Shown: one piece after another, positions 55,401 through 64,000 of the stretch
Layout: each line of letters starts with the position of its first letter
Numbering within the stretch: the stretch's first letter is position 1
From: Eledone cirrhosa
Taxonomy: Eukaryota
Direction: 5' to 3'
NCBI GenBank assembly: GCA_964016885.1
Contig: OZ024740.1
Span: 415,524,001-415,588,000, forward strand
Length of the DNA stretch: 64,000 nt
Notes under the pieces: generated by a model
Told to the model about the DNA's origin: nothing
The model's database searches: none
The model's input: the letters and a program-made list of their open reading frames with translations, nothing else
Made by a program: the position numbers and the translations under genes

Positions 55401-58400
55401 GTGTAAGGTGGTTGACAGTGAATCAGATATAGTGTGTAAGAGAGAACACTGTGGGTATGGACATATGTTGTGTATGGGGGATGACAGTCAATCAGATATA
55501 GAGTGTAAGGAGAACACTGTGGGTATGGACATATGTTGTGTATGGGGGATGACAGTAAATCAGATATAGTGTGTAAGAGAGAACACTGTGGGTATGGACA
55601 TATGTTGTGTATGGGGGATGACAGTGAATCAAATATAGTGTGTAAGAGAGAACACTGTGGGTATGGACATATGTTGTATATGGGGGACGACAGTGAATCA
55701 GATATAGTGTGTAAGAGAGAACAGTGTGGGTATGGACATATGTTGTGTATGGGGGATGACAGTGAATCAAATATAGTGTGTAAGAGAGAACACTGTGGGT
55801 ATGGATATATGTTGTATATGGGGGATGTCAGTGAATCAGATATAGTGTGTAAGAGAGAACACTGTGGGTATGGACATATGTTGTGTATGGGGGATGACAG
55901 TGAATCAGATATAGAGTGTAAGAGAGAACACTGTGGGTATGGACATATGTTGTGTATGGGGGATGACAGTGAATCAGATATAGTGTGTAAGAGAGAACAC
56001 TGTGGGTATGGACATATGTTGTGTATGGGGGATCACAGTGAATCAGATATAGTGTGTAACAGAGAACACTGTGGGTATGGACATATGTTGTGTATGGGGG
56101 ATGACAGTGAATAAGATATAGTGTGTAAGAGAGAACACTGTGGGGATGGACATATGTTGTGTATGGGGGATGACAGTGAATCAGATATAGTGTGTAAGAG
56201 AGAACACTGTGCGTATGGACATATGTTGTGTATGGGGATGACAGTGAACAAGATATAGTGTGTAAGAGAGAACACTGTGGGTATGGACATATGTTGTGTA
56301 TGGGGGATGACAGTGAATCAGATATAGTGTGTAAGAGAGAACACTGTGGGTATGGACATATGTTGTGTATGGGGGATGACAGTGAATCAGATATAGTATG
56401 TAAGAGAGAACACTGTGGGTTTGGACATATGTTGTGTATGGGGGATGACAGTGAATCAGATATAGTGTGTAAGAGAGAACACTGTGGGTATGGACATATG
56501 TTGTGTATGGGGGATGACAGTGAATCAGATATAGTGTGTAAGAGAGAAAACTGTGGGTATGGACATATGTTGTGTATGGGGGATGACAGTAAATCAGATA
56601 TAGAGTGTAAGAGAGAACACTGTGGGTATGGACATATGTTGTGTATGGGGGAAGACAGTGAATCAGATATAGTGTGTAAGAGTGAACACTGTCGGTATGG
56701 ACATATGTTGTGTATGGGGGAAGACAGTGAATCATATATAGAGTGTAAGAGAGAACACTGTGGGTATGGACATATGTTGTGTATGGGGGATGACAGTGAA
56801 TCAGATATAGAGTGTAAGAGAGAACACTGTGGGTATGGACATATGTTGTGTATGGGGGATGACAGTGAATCAGATATTGTGTGTAAGAGAGAACACTGTG
56901 GGTATGGACATATGTTGTGTATGGGGGATGACAGTGAATCAGATATAGTATGTACGAGAGAACACTGTGGGTATGGACATATGTTGTGTATGGGGGATGA
57001 CAGTGAATCAGAAATAGTGTGTAAGAGAGAACACTGTGGGTATGGACATATGTTGTGTATGGGGGATGACAGTGAATCAGATATAGTGTGTAAGAGAGAA
57101 CACTGTTGGTATGGACATATGTTGTGTATTGGGGATGACAGTAAATCAGATATAGAGTGTAAGAGAGAACACTGTGTGTATGGACATATGTTGTGTATGG
57201 GGGATGACAGTGAAAATGATATAGTGTGTAAGAGAGAACACTGTGGGTATGGACATATGTTGTGTATGGGGGATGACAGTGAAAAAGATATAGTGTGTAA
57301 GAGAGAATACTGTGGGTATGGACAAATGTTGTGTATGGGGGAAGACAGTGAATCAGATATAGTGTGTAAGAGTGAACACTGTGGGTATGGATATATGTTG
57401 TGTATGGGGGATGACAGTGAATCAGATATAGTATGTAAGAGAGAACACTGTGGGTATGGACATATGTTGTGTATGGAGGAAGACAGTGAATCATATATAG
57501 AGTGTAAGAGAGAACACTGTGGGTATGGACATATGTTGTGTATGGGGGATGACAGTGAATCAGATATAGAGTGTAAGAGAGAACACTGTGGGTATGGACA
57601 TATGTTGTGTATGGGGGATGACAGTGAATCAGATATTGTGTGTAAGAGAGAACACTGTGGGTATGGACATATGTTGTGTATGGGGCATGACAGTGAATCA
57701 GATATAGTATGTAAGAGAGAACACTGTGGCTATGGACATATGTTGTGTATGGGGGATGACAGTAAATCAGATATAGAGTGTAATAGAGAACACTGTGGGT
57801 ATGGACATATGTTGTGTATGGGGGATGACAGTGAATCAGATATTGTGTGTAAGAGAGAACACTGTGGGTATGGACATATGTTGTGTATGGGGGATGACAG
57901 TGAATCAGATATAGTATGTACGAGAGAACACTGTGGGTATGGACATATGTTGTGTATGGGGGATGACAGTAAATCAGATATAGAGTGTAAGAGAGAACAC
58001 TGTGGGTATGTACATATGTTGTGTATGGGGGATGACAGTAATTCAGATATAGAGTGTAAGAGAGAACACTGTGGGTATGGACATATGTTGTGTATGGGGG
58101 ATGACAGTGAATCAGATATAGTGTGTAAGAGAGAACACTGTGGGTATGGACATATGTTGTGTATGGGGGATGACAGTGAATCAGATATAGTGTGTAAGAG
58201 AGAACACTGTGGGTATGGACATATGTTGTGTATGGGGGATGAGAGTAAATCAGATATAGAGTGTAAGAGAGAACACTGTGGGTATGTACATATGTTGTGT
58301 ATGGGGGATGACAGTAATTCACATATAGAGTGTAAGAGAGAACACTGTGGGTATGGACATATGTCGTGTATGGGGGATGACAGTGAATCAGATATAGTGT

Positions 58401-61400
58401 GTAAGAGAGAACACTCTGGGTATGGACATATGTTGTGTATGGGGGAAGACAGTGAATCATATATAGAGTGTAAGAGAGAACACTGTGGGTATGGACATAT
58501 GTTGTGTATGGGGGATGACAGTGAATCAGATATAGTGTGTAAGAGAGAACACTGTGGGTATGGACATATGTTGTGTATGGGGGAAGACAGTGAATCAGAT
58601 ATAGTGTGTAAGAGAGAACACTGTGGGTATGGACCTATGTTGTGTATGGGGGATGACAGTGAATCAGATATAGAGTGTAAGAGAGAACACTGTGGGTATG
58701 GACATATGTTGTGTATGGGGGATGACAGTGAATCAGATATAGTGTGTAAGAGAGAACACTCTGGGTATGGACATATGTTGTGTATGGGGGATGACAGTGA
58801 ATCAGATATAGTGTGTAAGAGAGAACACTGTGGGTATGGACATATGTTGTGTATGGGGGATGACAGTGAATCAGATATAGTGTGTAAGAGAGAACACTCT
58901 GGGTATGGACATATGTTGTGTATGGGGGATGACAGTGAATCAGATATAGTGTGTAAGAGAGAACACTGTGGGTATGGACATATGTTGTGTATGGGGGATG
59001 ACAGTGAATCAGATATAGTGTGTAAGAGAGAACACTGTGGGTATGGACATATGTTGTGTATGGGGGATGACAGTGAATCAGATATAGTGTGTAAGAGAGA
59101 ACACTCTGGGTATGGACATATGTTGTGTATGGGGGAAGACAGTGAATCAGATATAGTGTGTAAGAGAGAACACTGTGGGTATGGACCTATGTTGTGTATG
59201 GGGGATGACAGTGAATCAGATATAGAGTGTAAGAGAGAACACTGTGGGTATGGACATATGTTGTGTATGGGGGATGACAGTGAATCAGATATAGTGTGTA
59301 AGAGAGAACACTGTGGGTATGGACATATGTTGTGTATGGGGGATGACAGTGAATCAGATATAGTGTGTAAGAGAGAACACTCTGGGTATGGACATATGTT
59401 GTGTATGGGGGATGACAGTTAATCAGATATAGTGTGTAAGAGAGAACACTGTGGGTATGGACATATATTGTGTATGAGGGATAACAGTGAATCAGATATA
59501 GTGTGTAAGAGAGAACACTGTGGGTATGGACATATGTTGTGTATGGGGGATGACAGGGAATCAGATATAGTGTGTAAGAGAGAACACTGTGGGTATGGAC
59601 ATATGTTGTGTATGGGGGATGACAGTGAATCAGATATAGTGTGTAAGAGAGAACACTGTGGGTATGGACATATGTTGTGTATGGGGGATGACAGTGAATC
59701 AGATATAGAGTGTAAGAGAGAACACTGTGGGTATGGACATATGTTGTGTATGGGAGATGACAGTAAATAAGTTATAGTGTGTAAGAGAGAACACTGAGGG
59801 TATGGACATATGTTGTGTATGGGGTTGACAGTAAATCAGATATAGTGTGTAAGAGACAACACTGTGGGTATGGACATATGTTGTGTATGGTGGTTGACAG
59901 TGAATCAGATATAGTGTGTAAGAGAGAACACTGTGGCTATGGACATATGTTGTGTAAGGTGGTTGACAGTGAATCAGATATAGTGTGTAAGAGAGAACAC
60001 TGTGGGTATGGACATATGTTGTGTATGGGGGATGACAGTCAATCAGATATAGAGTGTAATGAGAACACTGTTGGTATGGACATATGTTGTGTATGGGGGA
60101 TGACAGTAAATCAGATATAGTGTGTAAGAGAGAACACTGTGGGTATGGACATATGTTGTGTATGGGGGATGACAGTGAATCAAATATAGTGTGTAAGAGA
60201 GAACACTGTGGGTATGGACATATGTTGTATATGGTGGACGACAGTGAATCAGATATAGTGTGTAAGAGAGAACACTGTGGGTATGGACATATGTTGTGTA
60301 TGGGGGATGACAGTGAATAAGATATAGTGTGTAAGAGAGAACACTGTGGGTATGGATATATGTTGTATATGGGGGATGTCAGTGAATCAGATATAGTGTG
60401 TAAGAGAGAACACTGTGGGTATGGACATATGTTGTGTATGGGGGATGACAGTAAATCAGATATAGAGTGTAAGAGAGAACACTGTGGGTATGGACATATG
60501 TTGTGTATGGGGGATGACAGTGAATCAGATATAGTGTGTAAGAGAGAACACTGTGGGTATGGACATATGTTGTGTATGGGGGATGACAGTGAATCAGATA
60601 TAGTATGTAAGAGAGAACACTGTGGGTATGGACATATGTTGTGTATGGGGGATGACAGTGAATCAAATATAGTGTGTAAGAGAGAACACTGTGGGTGTGG
60701 ACATATGTTGTGTATGGGGGATGACAGTGAATCAGATATAGTGTGTAAGAGAGTACACTGTGGGTATGCACATATGTTGTGTATGGGGGATGACAGTGGA
60801 TCAAATATAGTGTGTAACAGAGAACACTGTGGGTATGGACATATGTTGTGTATGGGGGATGACAGTGAATCAGATATAGTGTGTAAGAGAGAACACTGTG
60901 GGTATGGACATATGTTGTGTATGGGGGATGACAGTGAATAAGATATAGTGTGTAAGAGAGAACACTGTGGGGATGGACATATGTTGTGTATGGGGGATGA
61001 CAGTGAATCAGATATAGTGTGTAAGAGAGAACACTGTGCGTATGGACATATGTTGTGTATGGGGATGACAGTGAATAAGATATAGTGTGTAAGAGAGAAC
61101 ACTGTGGGTATGGACATATGTTGTGTATGGGGGATGACAGTGAATCAGATATAGTGTGTAAGAGAGAACACTGTGGGTATGGACATATGTTGTGTATGGG
61201 GGATGACAGTGAATCAGATATAGTATGTAAGAGAGAACACTGTGGGTTTGGACATATGTTGTGTATGGGGGATGACAGTGAATCAGATATAGTGTGTAAG
61301 AGAGAAAACTGTGGGTATGGACATATGTTGTGTATGGGGGATGACAGTAAATCAGATATAGAGTGTAAGAGAGAACACTGTGGGTATGGACATATGTTGT

Positions 61401-64000
61401 GTATGGGGGAAGACAGTGAATCAGATATAGTGTGTAAGAGTGAACACTGTCGGTATGGACATATGTTGTGTATGGGGGAAGACAGTGAATCATATATAGA
61501 GTGTAAGAGAGAACACTGTGGGTATGGACATATGTTGTGTATGGGGGATGACAGTGAATCAGATATAGAGTGTAAGAGAGAACACTGTGGGTATGGACAT
61601 ATGTTGTGTATGGGGGATGACAGTGAATCAGATATTGTGTGTAAGAGAGAACACTGTGGGTATGGACATATGTTGTGTATGAGGGATAACAGTGAATCAG
61701 ATATAGTGTGTAAGAGAGAACACTGTGGGTATGGACATATGTTGTGTATGGGGGATGACATGGAATCAGATATAGTGTGTAAGAGAGAACACTGTGGGTA
61801 TGGACATATGTTGTGTATGGGGGATGACAGTGAATCAGATATAGTGTGTAAGAGAGAACACTGTGGGTATGGACATATGTTGTGTATGGGGGATGACAGT
61901 GAATCAGATATAGAGTGTAAGAGAGAACACTGTGGGTATGGACATATGTTGTGTATGGGAGATGACAGTAAATAAGTTATAGTGTGTAAGAGAGAACACT
62001 GAGGTTATGGACATATGTTGTGTATGGGGTTGACAGTAAATCAGATATAGTGTGTAAGAGACAACACTGTGGGTATGGACATATGTTGTGTATGGTGGTT
62101 GACAGTGAATCAGATATAGTGTGTAAGAGAGAACACTGTGGCTATGGACATATGTTGTGTAAGGTGGTTGACAGTGAATCAGATATAGTGTGTAAGAGAG
62201 AACACTGTGGGTATGGACATATGTTGTGTATGGGGGATGACAGTCAATCAGATATAGAGTGTAATGAGAACACTGTTGGTATGGACATATGTTGTGTATG
62301 GGGGATGACAGTAAATCAGATATAGTGTGTAAGAGAGAACACTGTGGGTATGGACATATGTTGTGTATGGGGGATGACAGTGAATCAAATATAGTGTGTA
62401 AGAGAGAACACTGTAGGTATGGACATATGTTGTATATGGGGGACGACAGTGAATCAGATATAGTGTGTAAGAGAGAACACTGTGGGTATGGACATATGTT
62501 GTGTATGGGGGATGACAGTGAATCAAATATAGTGTGTAAGAGAGAACACTGTGGGTATGGATATATGTTGTATATGGGGGATGTCAGTGAATCAGATATA
62601 GTGTGTAAGAGAGAACACTGTGGGTATGGACATATGTTGTGTATGGGGGAAGACAGTGAATCATATATAGAGTGTAAGAGAGAACACTGTGGGTATGGAC
62701 ATATGTTGTGTATGGGGGATGACAGTGAATCAGATATAGAGTGTAAGAGAGAACACTGTGGGTATGGACATATGTTGTGTATGGGGGATGACAGTGAATC
62801 AGATATTGTGTGTAAGAGAGAACACTGTGGGTATGGACATATGTTGTGTATGGGGCATGACAGTGAATCAGATATAGTATGTAAGAGAGAACACTGTGGC
62901 TATGGACATATGTTGTGTATGGAGGATGACAGTAAATCAGATATAGTGTGTAAGAGACAACACTGTGGGTATGGACATATGTCGTGTATGGGGGATGACA
63001 GTGAATCAGATATAGTGTGTAAGAGAGAACACTCTGGGTATGGACATATGTTGTGTATGGGGGAAGACAGTGAATCATATATAGAGTGTAAGAGAGAACA
63101 CTGTGGGTATGGACATATGTTGTGTATGGGGGATGACAGTGAATCAGATATAGTGTGTAAGAGAGAACACTGTGGGTATGGACATATGTTGTGTATGGGG
63201 GAAGACAGTGAATCAGATATAGTGTGTAAGAGAGAACACTGTGGGTATGGACCTATGTTGTGTATGGGGGATGACAGTGAATCAGATATAGAGTGTAAGA
63301 GAGAACACTGTGGGTATGGACATATGTTGTGTATGGGGGATGACAGTGAATCAGATATAGTGTGTAAGAGAGAACACTCTGGGTATGGACATATGTTGTG
63401 TATGGGGGATGACAGTGAATCAGATATAGTGTGTAAGAGAGAACACTGTGGGTATGGACATATGTTGTGTATGGGGGATGACAGTGAATCAGATATAGTG
63501 TGTAAGAGAGAACACTCTGGGTATGGACATATGTTGTGTATGGGGGATGACAGTGAATCAGATATAGTGTGTAAGAGAGAACACTGTGGGTATGGACATA
63601 TGTTGTGTATGGGGGATGACAGTGAATCAGATATAGTGTGTAAGAGAGAACACTGTGGGTATGGACATATGTTGTGTATGGGGGATGACAGTGAATCAGA
63701 TATAGTGTGTAAGAGAGAACACTCTGGGTATGGACATATGTTGTGTATGGGGGAAGACAGTGAATCAGATATAGTGTGTAAGAGAGAACACTGTGGGTAT
63801 GGACCTATGTTGTGTATGGGGGATGACAGTGAATCAGATATAGAGTGTAAGAGAGAACACTGTGGGTATGGACATATGTTGTGTATGGGGGATGACAGTG
63901 AATCAGATATAGTGTGTAAGAGAGAACACTGTGGGTATGGACATATGTTGTGTATGGGGGATGACAGTGAATCAGATATAGTGTGTAAGAGAGAACACTC
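52500..64000. repeat. More diverged, indel-rich domain built from dispersed block copies (offsets ~2205, 4552, 4618, 7102 bp)
   Basis: ORF pairs 54880/59432 (66x69-2), 59815/62020 (32x69-3), 53983/61085 (103x69-5). ATGTCG at ~58365/~62983 (67x69-5). GGACCT at ~58635, 59187, 63253, 63805 (8-unit spacing within pairs). Confidence 0.85.

Larger units (their letters stand above)
1..64000. repeat. Tandem satellite array, 69-bp monomer, 927 full units + 60 bp, single orientation, running off both window ends
   Basis: The consensus ACATATGTTGTGTATGGGGGATGACAGTGAATCAGATATAGTGTGTAAGAGAGAACACTGTGGGTATGG recurs every 69 bp (1, 70, 139 ...), typically with 0-3 substitutions per unit. 64000 + 23 bp of observed deletions = 927x69 + 60, matching the window ending at monomer position 60. 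Consensus composition A21 C5 G24 T19. Confidence 0.99.

Noticed and set aside
5-61975. Plus-strand Cys/His-rich repeat ORFs as zinc-finger or metallothionein-like genes
   Set aside because: They are the satellite translated. Dozens of TAA/TGA stops and 15 frameshifting deletions interrupt them, most starts are just the GTG after a stop, there is no unique N- or C-terminus, and the spacing does not match a C2H2 finger with TGEKP linker.
1-64000. CRISPR array or other repeat-spacer array
   Set aside because: There are no unique spacers; every position of the 69-bp period is conserved, and no cas or other genes are present.
1-64000. Rolling-circle or sequencing concatemer artefact of a single 69-mer
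   Set aside because: Variants are linked in reproducible haplotypes and nested blocks over tens of kb, which random error on one template would not produce. Individual large duplications could still be misassembled.
1-64000. tRNA, 5S rRNA or snRNA tandem gene cluster
   Set aside because: No cloverleaf, no recognisable Pol III A/B boxes and no oligo-T terminator in the consensus. With only 5 C on the + strand, extensive pairing is implausible.

Overview
The whole 64-kb window is one uninterrupted head-to-tail tandem array (satellite DNA) of a 69-bp monomer, consensus ACATATGTTGTGTATGGGGGATGACAGTGAATCAGATATAGTGTGTAAGAGAGAACACTGTGGGTATGG. It holds 927 complete units plus 60 bp. Two 5-bp and thirteen 1-bp deletions (23 bp in total) account exactly for the phase at position 64000. 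I saw no unique sequence, inversion, insertion, transposon, RNA gene or CRISPR spacer. All ORFs are best explained as by-products of a 69-bp (23-codon) unit that is stop-free in several frames, and I do not call any CDS. The structure lies in the single-base variants: they form a recurring ordered cassette (an old ~22-23-unit higher-order repeat) overlaid by nested tandem duplications of 3, 7/8, 15, 20, 31, 38, 39, 40, 44, 48 and 102 units, some of which can be ordered in time. The array falls into domains with different variant sets and indel loads, and the monomer is itself a diverged 33+36-bp dimer. It is probably eukaryotic satellite DNA (inference); host and chromosomal role cannot be determined from this window. 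All block comparisons were made by eye and from ORF-track offsets, not by computed alignment.
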